Part shown: in pieces, positions 26,386 through 39,557 of the stretch
Layout of the letters: every line of letters begins with the position of its first letter
Numbering within the stretch: position 1 is the stretch's first letter
Program-made: the position numbers and the translations under genes
Notes under the pieces: model-generated
What the model saw: the letters and a program-made list of their open reading frames with translations, nothing else
Told to the model about the DNA's origin: nothing
Databases searched by the model: none
From: Lama guanicoe
Lineage: Eukaryota
Length of the DNA stretch: 64,000 nucleotides
Direction of reading: 5' to 3'
NCBI GenBank assembly: GCA_013239625.1
Contig: MU056050.1
Location: 3,210,084-3,274,083, forward strand

Positions 26386-27879
26386 CTATAATTAAATATG
26401 TTAATTTCCTGGTCCCTCTATCCTATGATATTTTAAATCACTACAGTTTTGATTCTATTTCCCCCTACAATCCTAAAACCAATTAAGAGGTATTGAAAAA
26501 TGACTTCGAATAACAAAAGATTTTGTGAGTCATAAAATGGTTCTTGCTAAATTTTCATATCCAGTCATCCGTAAACCAATAGACATTAGCAGGGATGACA
26601 ACAAGATGAAAAAAGAAGTATCACGTCCTCAAATTATATGTATTGCTAGAATTATATTTTACCAATAGAAGAAAGTTTGATGCTGCTATTCTATTTTCAC
26701 ATATAGAGAAACCAACCACCTAGCATTTATTGAGTGCCGGGCAGCACCAGCACTATAACAGGTGCTTTGGGGAGGTGGGTAATGGATGCACAAGCAGAAA
26801 AGTTTCACTTAAAGATGTTTATAATCTAGTTTGGGAGAAAATAATTACAAACTGCATCACTGCAGGGTAGCATTGGTTAGTGTGACATAGGGAGTATTTG
26901 CAGTTAAGAGGAGAGAGAGATTAGCTCAGAGGAGTGTATATTCAGGGAAGTCTTCGTGGAAGACTATGTGGAGTGAGGCTGAAGAGAAAAAAATTAGTGT
27001 CTTCTATGTGCCAGGAAATATCCTAGCTGCTTTATGTCATTTAACTTGCTCAAGGTCACACAGTTATTAAGAGCTAGTAAGATCTGAGACAAGAATCCAG
27101 ATATGACATTCTGTGCATTTCTCACTCAGCTACATGCTAGCCTGGAAGGATGGAGAAAACAGATTAGGTGAGAAGAACAACATGAGTAATAAGAAGAGTG
27201 ATTCTGAAGTGTGCTGTGCTGAGATTACTGCAAGTGCAAAGATGTTGAGGAGTCATAGGAAAATAATGTCAAATAGATACAAAGGGAAGTGACAGATGAG
27301 ATTTCTAACTCTGAAAGCCTGAAAGAAGAATTTGGACTTACTGAGGTAGAAATTCAAATCAAATGAGTTACATGGTAAAATGGAACATACTAACTCATTT
27401 TTCAGAGGTTGATAGGGTAAAAAGAGGTGACAGGAATGGAGTCAGTATTACGTAGTGAAACTGGAACGTCATGATGATAAAAATGGCAACTTCATTAAAT
27501 AAGCCAGAGCATATGCTCCTCAATGGAGCTGTATCTCCAGTCTTTAGCACAGTGCCTGTATAATAAGTGCTCAATAAAATGATGTTGAATCATAATGGAT
27601 GAATAAAGGAATGAATGGTTACGGGAGATACGTGTGACATCATGGATATAAACCAGCCTGAAATTTAGCTTGCCACTAAGAAAATGCTTTGGAATACACA
27701 TGAAATTATTCATGCTAATAGCTAGTGAAGAATTAAATCATTTATTAACAGTTATCAAACAGGTTTGGTATGTAAGAAGTGTTCAAAATATTATTTCAAA
27801 AATCAGAAGCAGTTAAAGTAAGACAGCACTTAATGCATCATTATCAATGATTTTAAAAAATATTCATGTACACACACAC

Positions 27880-29010
27880 ATCTTCTTTATCCAGTCACTT
27901 AGGATAAAGTGATGGACACTTAGGTTGTTTCCATATCTTGGGCTACTGTAAATAATACTACTATGAACATTGGGGTACACGTATCTTTTCAAATTAGTGC
28001 TTTCACTTTCTTTGGATATATACCCATCAGTGGAACTGCTGGCTTATATGGTAGTTCTGTTTTTAGTTTTTTGGGGAAACCTTCATAATGCTCTCCACAG
28101 CAGCTGCTCCAATTTACATTCCAACCAACAGTGTTCAAGAGTTCCCTTTTCTCCACATCCTCACTAGCATTTGTTATTTGTTGTCTTTTTGATGATAGCC
28201 ATTCTGACAGGTGTGAGGTGATATCGCGTTGTGGTTTTGATTTGCATTTCCCTGATGATTAGGACTGTTGAGCATCTTTTTATGTGCCTGTTGGTCATGT
28301 CTATACCTTCTTTGGAAAAATGTCTATTCAGACCTTCTGCTAATCTTTAAAGGGACTGCTTGGTTTTGTTTTTTTTTTTTTTTTTGGACATTGAGTTATA
28401 TGAGCTGTTAATATATTTTGGATATTAATCCCTTATCAGTCATATTTGCCAATATTTCCTCCAATTCAGTAGGTTGTCTTTTTGTTTTGTTGATGGTTTC
28501 CTTTGCTATGCAAAAAGCTTTATGTTTAATTAGGTCCCATTTGTTAATTTTTGCTTTTGTTTCCTTTGCCTGAGGGACAGATCAAGAAAAATATTGTTAT
28601 GGTTTATGTCAGAATGTTCTGCCTATGTTTTCTTCTAGGGGTTTTATGATTTCCAGCCTTACATTTAGGAAGACTTAATCTATTTTTAGTTTATTTCTGT
28701 ATATGGCATGAGAAAATGTTCTAATTTCATTCTTTTACATGTAGCTGTCCAGTTTTCCTAGCATCGCTTATTGAAGATACTGTCTTCCCCCAATTGTATA
28801 TCACTGCCTCCTTTGTTACATAGATTAAGTGATCATAAATGCATGGATTTATTTTGGGGCTCTCTACTCTATTTCGTTGATCTATGTGTTTGTTTTTGTG
28901 CTAGTACCACAGTGTTTTGATTACTGTAGCTTTGTAGTATAGGCTGAATTCAGGGAGCATGATACCTCTAGCTTTGTTTGCTTTTTTCTTTTCGCAAGAT
29001 TGCTTTGGCC
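27880..29010 (-). mobile_element. L1 ORF2 3' fragment
   Basis: Antisense L1 ORF2 motifs (gccattctgacaggtgtgaggtgatat; ttgttgatggtttcctttgctatgcaaaagct; ttttgattactgtagctttgtagtata). Confidence 0.9.
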
Positions 29011-29169
29011 AAAAAGGAAGTGTTTTAATAAAAGGTGCATTGCATGAAAAAGGTTTTGTTATTTCTTAAGAATTATTATAGTGCCATCAAACTAACTTAG
29101 AACATCATCAATTGTGTAGATGGCTGGGGAATGAAATGGCCAAGAGGGAAAAAGTGTAGTTTTCCTCTG

Positions 29170-29440
29170 GGAGGTAGGTGTAGGGTAGAGGTTAAGAGCC
29201 CCATTTTTGGAATCAGACTGCCTAGGTCTGATTCTTGGCTGCATGACTTTGGGCAAGCTAACTAGCTTTTCTGTATTCTAGTTTCATCTGTACAATGGAG
29301 ATAATAATAGTGCCTAACTCATCAGGCTACTGTTGGATAAAAGAGACCTAATGTCTAATGTGCTCAGAACAATGCCTGACACATAGTGCTCCACAGTGTT
29401 AGCTGCTATCATCACCATCATCACCAACATTACCATTGTT
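29170..29440 (+). mobile_element. MIR SINE
   Basis: gaggttaagagc...ggaatcagactgcctaggt...tgactttgggcaag...tgcctgacacatag. Confidence 0.75.
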
Positions 29441-30040
29441 ATTACTATTAACATGGCTTATTCACTTCTTCAGAGATTCAAGGGCACGTTCATCCTTTTG
29501 CTCTCTCCTCGTTTCCTTCCAAAAGCCTACAGCAATTGTGCTTATTTTTGGTCTGTTTGCCCTCAAATCCAGTATTCATGCTTCTCCTCTGCTCCTGATC
29601 CTTGCTCCCCATGCCTAGGTTTCCATGTCAGTTGACTTCTTTCTTTGTGCCTTCACCCAAGAAGCAGTGGTGGCTTCCTGCTGTTGCTTATTGTTGGGTG
29701 TACTCAGTGTCCCATATTCAGCTTTCCAGTTCCTCCATGATCTGTGTAACCAAGTTTCAATGTTAAGTCTCTCTGTTTTAATTTCTATTTCTCTCTCCCT
29801 GATTAGACCTTGACTGATACAGTAAGGCCAAATCAAAGAGGTGTGATAAAGGATGGAGGATAGGCAAGATGTGATTGGCAATGGCGACCAGAATCATTCC
29901 ACTTCCTGACCAGTCTCATTGAACTGAATCCTATGGGTATGAGTTGACACTGAAAGTAATCTCCAGTGTTAGTACTGTGGTAGCCAAGTCTTAAGAGGAT
30001 TTAACATTTTCAATAAATCAAGCACACAGTTATTTCTATC

Positions 30041-30267
30041 TTGATGGCATAGATGTAATATTTCCATCAGCAAGTGCTAGAAAATATTAATTAAAACTCT
30101 AGAGTAGGCCTAACAAGTACTGAAAGGGAATGTAAGCATCAGTAGTAATACATAATGAACTGAATGTATTTATGACTGTTTCCTCATTATTTCCTAATGA
30201 GAAGTTCAAGAGGCTATGCATAACTGTAGATGGCTGGCAGGCTACTACATCAATACTTTGGGTCTGT
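30041..30267 (-). pseudogene. Exon relic
   Basis: Long Met-independent open frame ...LLNFSLG...LCITTDAYIPFQYLL versus recalled RGSL1 SFSLG...LALCADACAGNPFRDHL; the donor appears decayed. Confidence 0.5.
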
Positions 30268-30515
30268 CTGAGTCAACTCAGGGTTTTAGAAATGCTTATT
30301 TATACCCTCCAAAGAGCCCACGTACATAAAATAAAAGGTTTGCTCTTTACTTATCCTCCACTAAATCATATGCTGTAGCCCAACTGCAAATAAATAAATA
30401 AAACAAAACAATGTAACTTACAGTGCTCAACAATCTTTATAAAGACAATTTTCAATTTGGTGGCATGAAATAATACATTAAAGAAACTGCTAAAACCAAG
30501 ACACAGTTGAGTTAC

Positions 30516-30587
30516 TCTGTTAAATCCAGGGATTTTTATTCCAACACTGATTTCATTATACAATAAATTATAATGTTCTAATTGGGA
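30516..30587 (-). pseudogene. Stop-free exon relic
   Basis: gttttgcaaag|TCCCAA...AACAGA|gtaact, 24 codons, phase 0 matching the upstream exon. Confidence 0.5.
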
Positions 30588-31029
30588 CTTTGCAAAACAC
30601 GACAATATTAAATTTTAAATGACTACTGTCCTCTGAAATAGTTGCCAGAAAAATTATGGGCAGAAGCTAAATAGATTCTATTTTTTTTTAAATACCATCA
30701 GAATGTACATAGCATTTTATACTTTAGAGATAATTTTCAATAATAAAAGATTCTCTGTTAATTAAAAAAGATGCAGTTTAGGTGAATAAAACAAATTTTA
30801 TCTATACACTGTACTCAAATAAAACTGATTTAAGACATTGTGAATTGTTTGATGAAATAATTGTTCAATGAAACAGTCTGAAGAGACTTGGCAAATAGTT
30901 ATTTGAACATTAGATAGACTAGAAGCACTTGTATGAAACAAAATCAAGTAAAATAGCTGGGAGCAGGATTCCTCTGTATAAAAAATAGCATCTGTTTCAA
31001 ATTTTAAACAATTTAAAAAATTAGTTTAC

Positions 31030-31248
31030 TGAGGAGTTAAACACATTTGAAAATAAGTAAAAGTATTTCAAAATCTTGTAAAATTGTCTTAATGAAAAAG
31101 AACTGGGTCTGATGCTTGAAAATGAACAGAATATGTTTTTGTTTCTTTCTAAATATTTTGGAAATGATTCTATCTGTGAATATGTCAAGAGATGATTACA
31201 AAGATGAAAATCAATCATTGGTTATAAAATGGTAATTATATCAGCATC
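31030..31248 (-). pseudogene. Exon relic with canonical RGS helix 7-8 signature
   Basis: ctcctttctttccag|GATGC...TCCTCA|gtaaac, 73 codons with one stop. NHLLTYSQIESFPKYLE versus the RGS consensus I..LMEKDSYPRFL.S. Confidence 0.7.
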
Positions 31249-33500
31249 CTGGAAAGAAAGGAGATGATAAAATAGGGGTTGATAAAATAAAATACAACAA
31301 ATAACCTTTCTTTCAGACCAATTTGCAAAAAAACTCGTAAGAATTATAGTTTATTAAAACACACACACTTAATATATGCATGTATATATATATGTGTGCA
31401 TGTGTACATGCATTTGTATATATACACACACAACATATTTAAAATATATACAATAGCTCAACATAGGCTAAGGAAATATCCTTAAGCATTTGCTTTTGGA
31501 AATATAGAAAAATGAGTCACTATTTGCATATCAGTTATTTATATGTAAATGAGTGCTTATAAAATGTTTGAAAACACTTTGGTTTCTCTCAAGTATTTTA
31601 TGCTCTTTGTCACCCTATTTCGACTCTGAATTTGCTTATCAACTTACATAGAGCAATGGGATATAGCCTAGCCACTGCATTCATAATCATAAATAATTAA
31701 TAGTTTCAGAATTAATACTTTTTACTATACAGAATTTATAAAATGGACCATTTGCTGTAAAACTTTAAAAATTACCTTAGTTATTTTGGATTAGTATTTT
31801 ATCATTGTCATTTGTTATAAACAGAACAAAATACTTTTCTAATTAATTATTTGTATACATTCCATCCAAGACTTGCTCATTTTCAAAGAATATTCTCTTG
31901 CCTGTGCATCATACTTCATGTGTTTCTAAAGCAAGTTATATGTTTTAGGTTGCCTTCCAAGCACATGAGAGTCTCCCAGTGGCAGGGACTATGTGAAAGA
32001 TTTACAGACACTACTCATTCAATCTTCACAACAAAACTTAGACTAAGTGGGATTCTCCCCATTTCACAGAGGGGAAACTAAGGCTCCGAAATGTAAAGAA
32101 ACCTGCCTAAGTTACACAACAGTTAAATGACAGAACTAGTATTCTGGTGTGGTCTTTTCATACTCCAAAACCTGTGCTTTCTCCACTGTGCTCTACTGCC
32201 TCTCCATGAAATACGTAAGAGTGAATAGAGAACTGGCATAGGAAAACAAGATTATATTAAAACTTTAACAATGCAAACCCCACCCGCACCCTCAAGAAGG
32301 ATAAAAAGAAAAACTAAAAGCTTCTAGAGAATGTTAGGAGATTATTTATGCATTTAATCTCATGTATTACACCTCCACTTATGATTCTGTGAGAACCAAG
32401 AGATGCTTGGAGTTTTTCCAGGGCCCTGAGAAAATCTTCAATCAGTTAACTAAAAAGTCAAGAATGTCTTCTCGATTTTAGTCACTGAGGCAGGAAAGTC
32501 ACTGATTTTATATCATTTATTACGTTTATATTAGTAAAAGTTTTACTTTATGTAACTTGTCTTTCTCATAGATTTATATGGTGAATAAATATGATAGTGC
32601 ATGCAACAAGCTGCGAATAGTGCCTGACCCATCAGTTACTGAAACTGTTTGTTGTTGCTATTACTCATTTGTCCATGCAGCAAAAATTTACTAAGTGCCC
32701 ACTATGTTCCAAGCACAATTCTAGGTGCTGCAGATAGAGTGGTGAATAATAACAAAGTTCCTGCCCTCGTGAAATTTACCTTTTGGGGGATGTAAATGTG
32801 ATGTAGTCATTTGGTTGCTACTTTTATTGTTTTTTTTTTTTATCATTTTCATCATTGTTATTTCTCAACCAAGCAACAAACAAGGATACACCAGCTCTGA
32901 ACTTAATACCATGATTACATAGTCTGTCACTATTAGGAGCATCTTTTATAAGACATGATAAGCCTGTAAATTCTTTTAGTTCCCTCTAAGGGAAGGTGTC
33001 TTTCTGAATCTCTTGAGCACCTGAAAGTATAGTGAACTGGGATTTCCTTGAGTTTACAGAACAGGTTGAATGAACTGTTTCATAAGCTAAATTGCTAATA
33101 AATATTTAAAAATAAACATGTATATGGCAGGTTTTGGTTTGAGATTTGCTTTTATTATAACCTGATAGTGAGGTTTTGGAGAGAGTAATCCTCAGTCATC
33201 TCAAGACATTTCCAGAGGCTACTGTTATTTGTTAAAAAACTCAAAGAGTTCTGCATGATCAAATTGGCTCAGGTCAATCCACAGCAGAAAGCTGTCAGAT
33301 TGTGTAAGAATACTTTAAACATTAAAGAAGAACTAAACAATTTGCCTAAGAGCAAGTAGAGTAACCTCAGAGTAAGGTTATTGCTAAGCTATGCACCCCA
33401 GTTTTGGAAAAGATAAGATAATGATGTTATGATTCTGGGGAGACTATACATTTAATATAATACAACAAGTTTCAAACAATCTAGTCATAAATTTCAGTGC

Positions 33501-33663
33501 CTCTTGCTCTTAGATTAATCAGTCTATGGATTATTATGAACAGCAAAATCAAGAAGAACTTGCATGAAAATAATTTGAGACATTTATCTGAACTTCAAAA
33601 CTTCCAGGTGTTTCAACCAATCTTAAGAATATTTTCATTGCACAATCTTATGAAGCAAGTCAT
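33501..33663 (-). pseudogene. Exon relic (RGS helix 5-6)
   Basis: gtcctatgtttttag|ATGAC. DLLHKIV (frameshift) MKIFLRLVETPGSFEVQINVSNYF versus recalled RGSL1 IQKLFLNSDIPPKLRVNVPEF; the donor is uncertain. Confidence 0.6.
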
Positions 33664-33746
33664 CTAAAAACATAGGACAGCAAAGAAGAAGATATAAGAA
33701 ATTGGTGAATTTTTATAGCACCTTGAAAATCTCAAAAGTGACTTAC

Positions 33747-33799
33747 CCCCTCTATGATTCTTACAATATTCAACTCTGTGAGGTGGCAGTCCCCATTGG
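33747..33799 (-). pseudogene. Exon relic
   Basis: ttttctcatatag|CCAAT...GAGGGG|gtaagt, followed by an 83-nt intron. Confidence 0.55.
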
Positions 33800-36039
33800 C
33801 TATATGAGAAAACTTATATAGACAGCTTTAGTGACTTAGTTAAAGGCTTGATATGTCATTGATGTCACTGGCAGAGTGTAGACCAGAATCCAGAGTTGAC
33901 ACTAGATCATGTGGTCTCAAAGGTTTGACACCTAGAGTCTTAAGCTGTAATTCTTTCTTTATTGCAGAGTGGTATAACTGAAACTTTTCCAATACAAACT
34001 CTTTTTCAGGCAACAGGCAAGAGAACATACTGCCTGAGAGAGGAGAAGAAAATATTTCTGGCCTATATAATTGTAAGAAACTTCTTCTCCTTCTTTAATT
34101 ACTGCTAACCATAGCCCTCTCTCATGTACAAGTATCATGACATTCTCAAGCTCCAAGCTTTTAAATTAATCTGAATGATATTGGGCCACAAGAATTTAAA
34201 ATATTCCGGCCCCATTCCTTTTTCATATGTCGGTCAGTGTATTTTTGTCCTAGTGTTCTGTCCCCATTTCACTTTCTGACATACCGCCCATCATTTTCAT
34301 TCCAATGCTTCCCTGTATCAGACAACTGATTTCTCTTTCTGCTTGGCTTTTACTTACACTTTTCAGTAAATCATACATTATTTTCATGTCTTCTCTTATT
34401 CTGATCATGTAAAGTTTTTAATCTTGCCCAAAGTCAAAGATCCCCCCCACCCCACACACACACATACACACACTGCCGAACACAGATGACCTTCATTTTT
34501 TATTCTTTCCATTTGGGTTCTCTCTAATTTATCTGATGAGTAGAAATTCAGATGTGAAAACAACATTCAATTTAGATCTAGGAGTTTCAGAGAGAACAAG
34601 AGAGATTTCACTTTTTAACCCAACAATAATCATAAAGTTCCAGCATTAGAAGGGTCCTTGAAGGTCACTGAAAACAATCACTCAAAAATCTTAGATAATC
34701 TTTTTTCATTAAATCTTATCATCACTAGGAACGTGAACTTCTTGCAATTGTACTGTTTTCCCTCAGTGCTCTGCATTGTCTCAAGATAAACAGGTAGTTT
34801 ATATTAACTGTATGGCTACGGAATCTCTTTGGGATCATAGTCCATTTAATGCAAACCCCTCATATTGCAGGTAGGGGAAACTAAGGCCTAGAGAGAAGCA
34901 TATACCTGCTTAGGGTCACATATTCAGTTGGTGGATATCCTGAAAACCATATCTCCTTCGTTACAGACCAGTTCTTGTCTTCTGAGGTAACCTATACTTA
35001 ACATATCGCCTTGTCCTTTTAAGTATATGCTGTCTTCTATTCATAAAGGCAAAGCTCACCCAGAGGCTGAGTTCCCTTTTCCTCCTTTATATAACCCTCT
35101 ACGATCTAGAACAATATCCCGGACACAGCAGTTAATTTATAAAATCTCATGAATATGCTCTTATTTCCTCCTCCTAATTTTCAAATTTCTCAACACATTA
35201 AGATAAAACAGATTTACCAGTGACTTACTAAATACTTTCATTATTTGTCATTTATCAATATCTTGTACTTATCATTGAGTTGACTGTCTAGCTCCAAGAC
35301 TGAATTAGCATTGCAATTAAGATTCCATAAGACATGTGATCGCTACAGACAGGTGGCCTATCTTTCCATTTCGGAGTCACAGATAAATCATTATGTCAGC
35401 AGGATACAGAATGAAAAGTTCCTTAAAAATAGACATTTCTGCACAGCATTCAATTGGTATAATTCCCAAGCTTGGATAAGATGATGTTGATACTTCTCAT
35501 CCAAGATAACCATGAAAAATTAGAACAGTTAGAAAACTACATACTATGAAAGCTATAAACTTCCCATGGTGTTGATTATTATCTGTTCAATTTACTACAA
35601 AATATTTCACAAAAGAAGAACTGTGATTTGAAATTTCAAAATGAACTTGCTGAAGATTTTCTTCTAAGTGATTTTTAAAAGGCAAAGGATAAGAATTTTG
35701 TATAGAATAAAACATTTCAACCAATCTTCCCTTGCCACTCTATTGTGAAGTGAATTAATCAAAAGACCAGGGCATTCAGTGCAGGTGGATGCACTGATTT
35801 TGTAATTCACTCTTTTATAAGCCATTGCTTCACAGCCTGATACTTAGGGGAAATTATACGAACTTTAAGCAGTTAAGGAATTTTACTCAGTGATTGCTTG
35901 AGTTAGGCTTGGGAATGGTTTGGATCCTATTCCATAGAAACAGTGACAAGAATATCTTGGGCTTGAGCCACTTGCATAGAAGAAAATTCACTGCTTAGGG
36001 TGAGGGACCAGCCATCTCATATTACTAGGGTACATTTAG

Positions 36040-36460
36040 GGCATGGTGATAACAGTGCAATCATAATAACTGTTGTGGAACACTACTAGCTCTATCCACG
36101 AAAATCTGCTTTCTCTTTCTTCCTTGGCAACAGGGTTATAGAAATCACATGATTGCCTAGCCAGAGACCACATATTCCAGCCACAGTTCAGGCAGATGAC
36201 TATGTGCTCACCAACGGAAGCCTTAACGCATTGCAAGTATATTCCTCCACTCCTTCCAACCTCCTACCTGCTGGGATTAGGATGTGGTGGGAGAAGTTTC
36301 AACTAGCTAGATGGTAACAGTGGCCTTAGGGATGACGTAACAGCATGAAGAGACGAATCTGGGTTTCTGCATGACTGTGTGCAGTGGAGGTGTCTGCTCA
36401 CCCACCTTGGACGGTTGCATGAGATTGCAATAATTTTCTTTGTTGAGTCATTCTGTTATA
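36040..36460 (+). mobile_element. Old MaLR LTR (MLT1K/L-like)
   Basis: gaccacatattccagcc...gactatgtgctcaccaacggaa...tctgggtttctgcatgactgtgtgcag. Confidence 0.5.
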
Positions 36461-36792
36461 GCAAGTAAGCTTTTTGCTCTAACAAATGTACAAACACTTA
36501 TACACCAGAAACAATTTACAGAGCTTATTATTACATGTGTCCATTGCATCCACCTACCTATGCGAAAATGTTCTCCATACTTTGGGATCATAACCAAAAT
36601 GCAACTTCTCCACAAATATTTTCCCCATTTATATCCAAGTTTCCACCAGCTGAACATAACCTTGTTTGTTACTTTCTCAAGGGACTTCTCATTTTCGAAA
36701 CTCATAAAATAAGTTCTGTTTGTGTATGTCTTATCACTTCTACCAGAGCAAATTTCATGAGAGCGAGTTCATATCTTATTCTCCTGTGTAAC

Positions 36793-36908
36793 CTCTGAAG
36801 TGCTGGTACTGTGCCTTTCTCAAGAATAGCTTATTTGTCTGAATGAAGGACTGAAACATTTGAGCTTCATGCTTTTTGTCTATAATCCACTGCTGTAGCT
36901 GAATGAGC
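36793..36908 (-). pseudogene. Exon relic (RGS helix 7-8-like)
   Basis: gttcttgctccag|GCTCATT. LIQLQQWIIDKKHEAQMFQSFIQT versus RGSL1 LLTLQGHVMKSIEEKWF. The lower half overlaps an L2-tail-like sequence, so the 3' end is uncertain. Confidence 0.5.
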
Positions 36909-37090
36909 CTGGAGCAAGAACACATTTGTCATAGGCAATAGAAGCAGAAAAGAATCTAGGTCCCAGAATCGATAACAAGTTGACACCAAAACAACTTTTA
37001 CTTCTAACCTTGCTATCTTATGTCTTATGCTGCTTTCTGTTTCCAGCATTTCAGAGCATCAAAGAAGACAAAGGAGGCATGGTAGTTAAC

Positions 37091-37352
37091 CTTAAAGAGT
37101 TTACATTCACTTATGACCAACTCATAACTGGATTGTGGCAAAGTGCTCCTTGGTGACAACTTTTGTCTCCTTACAGAAGCTTAGTAGAGTCGAGCACTGA
37201 ATAGGCCAAGAACCATTTTGAATCTAAAACCTACACTCATATTAAGCTGCTTTACTTTTACTTGTCTTCACATGACATCATCATTTTTACAATATGGCAG
37301 AGACCTATGTGCTGTGTTTGGTACTAAGGAGCAATAGGTATTGGAAATTGAC
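37091..37352 (-). pseudogene. Exon relic
   Basis: aatttcag|GTCAA...TTTAAG|gttaac. ...CEDK*K*SSLI...LDSTKLL*GDKS versus recalled RGSL1 NEKICKSLI...LSPEEMLQCDA; phase 2 joins the next exon. Confidence 0.55.
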
Positions 37353-38956
37353 CTGAAATTTTCAAAGAAGTTATTTAGAAACAAATAAATTGCTGACCAA
37401 TTTGCACATGAGATACTGGGCTGAGTTTTCTTACTTTTTGATATCAATCTAAATCAGTGAAGGGAAATCATAGGAAGGTTTGAGCAAAGCAGTCTAACAA
37501 ACGTCTTTCTTCTTTGTACTTCGATATACGGTTAGTCAATAACATTTCTTAATTTCTCGTGCCAGGCAAAGGGGAAAATTAAAAGACAAAAGTGTGAAAT
37601 ACTAAATAACAGTTTTGTGCCTGTGAGCCCAAAAGGCTAGTATGGACTATACTATTCTTATAGAGTTCATCTTCCTTCCTTTCCCTGAAAATAATATTTT
37701 AAATTTACAAAAGTAATTTAGGTTTCATACACTCACTGAGCAGAGATGACCACTGTAAACAATTTTGTGGATATTCTCCTGGTTGATTTAAAACATTTAT
37801 AATAATATTTTCTAAGAAATTGTGATCATTACATAGACTTTTATAATCAGCTTTTTTTTCCACTTAACACATCATGAAAAATGTCTCATCTCATTAGTAT
37901 TCTAAAGCATTATGGTTAATGCTGCATAATGTCCTGCTGTACAGATATACCCTAATTTATTCACCAGACTTCCATTATAGGACTTCCCTCCTGTCTGTGT
38001 ATCTCTTCATTCCCTCACATTTATTTTATTTGTAACTACTTGCACAAAACGTGGGGTTAAAAATACTTATCAGTTATCTAATAAGATATTTTACGAGAAA
38101 TTTACTTTTGTGTCAACATTTTTCTTAAAAAAAATGGTAAAAGAAAATTGCTGCTTCTTTAGCTCCGCTGATTAAAGTAAATGAGGCAAATGTCTGGGAC
38201 TATGACTCTCTGTACCTCCGTGCACCTCTTTCTCTTAGCTGCTACATCCACTTCAGACAGTTTTTTATGTACTTCATGGAGGACCACAAAAGAAACACAT
38301 TAAGTGGGGTCAGTAGCCACCTAAGGAAGAACCAAACATCTAAGTATAAGAGGGAGTATCACATACATGTCTTGACACGAGCAGCCTGCAGTGAAAAATG
38401 CGTGCCTTAATTCCCAATCATCTTATAATTTTTACCCCTAGCCTTGTAAGTACTTATTATTTCCATTTTACAGATTCAAACATGTAGTTTCCGAGAATTT
38501 AAGCTAAGATCACATAGCTGGTAAGCAGCGGCATCAGAATTTGAAACTTTTGAGTCTGTTTGGCTTCAATGGCCATGTTTTAAACCACTGCTGGGTGCTC
38601 TCAACAAATCCAAATAAAATGATAGCAGGATGTAACTTCGAAAATTAAAAACATAGTCCATTTAATGTGCAATATTACTAATATGCATTATTACTTCTTA
38701 TCTTTCATAATTTAAGGCCAGAGTAATGTTATTCTTAAAGGACAGCATTTTTTCCAACTAGACAATTTCTAGAAATAAACTAATCTCACATTCCAAACTT
38801 TACTTAACCAAAAATAAAATTTAAAAAAGGACAGAGATTTCTTTTTCATTACATACTTTATTTCCACTAAAGTAAAAAATGATGAAACGGGAAGGTGATG
38901 AAATACAGGAAAATAATGCTATGATTATTTTTACCATATGCAGTTAATTTCTTAAC

Positions 38957-39091
38957 CTTATACCCATGTTCCAGCTCTGGCTGAATGAAAACATTTATTG
39001 CATATTCAGGCGTGCCCACAAATTCACACCAAATCAAACCGAAACACTCCATAAGAGGAAAGACTATGCTTAACATTTTTTCCGTCAAGAT
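38957..39091 (-). pseudogene. Stop-free exon relic
   Basis: ctttctgggtag|ATCTTG...TATAAG|gttaag, 45 codons: ILTEKMLSIVFPLMECFGLIWCEFVGTPEYAINVFIQPELEHGYK. Confidence 0.55.
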
Positions 39092-39454
39092 CTACCCAGA
39101 AAGGTAATAATGGATGATTTGGAAAATACCATTATACTACAGATTGGTTTGGAACTGAATGATATTCTAACAAGTGGAAAATGACAAGTTTCTCTTTCAC
39201 ACATGAGTCAACTTTCTTTTTCCCCTTTTAGATGCAAAACTGGGCAGAAAATAATCCAAAAAGCTCCAAACAATTCAGGATTACTACTTCTACAGATTTT
39301 TACCTTTAGGTGGATGAGTTATAGTATCTATGATTGAAAAAAAAAAGAATCAAGCATTAATTACACAAGCATTTTTCCTTTCAACCTTCCTAATCACCAA
39401 TTAACCATTCTTTGCATTTCACTGATGTAAAATATGTGTGCAGGATAGACTTAC

Positions 39455-39557
39455 ATCATTTCAAATATGCAGCAATACCTAATAGGCAATTCTTATTGTA
39501 AATGAAGTGTATGGCCTCCTGAGGAAGAGCCTGTGGTGCAGGATCCGGCCTTCAGGT
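39455..39557 (-). pseudogene. Exon relic (RGS helix 5-6-like)
   Basis: gacag|ACCTG...AATGAT|gtaagt. RILHHRLFLRRPYTSFTIRIAY*VLLHI*ND, ends in phase 0 matching the next exon. Confidence 0.55.

Noticed and set aside
36930..36985. CYRFWDLDSFLL in ORF 36867-37049 as an RGS helix 4
   Set aside because: It falls in the inferred intron and pyrimidine tract between two phase-matched exons, so it is probably coincidental.
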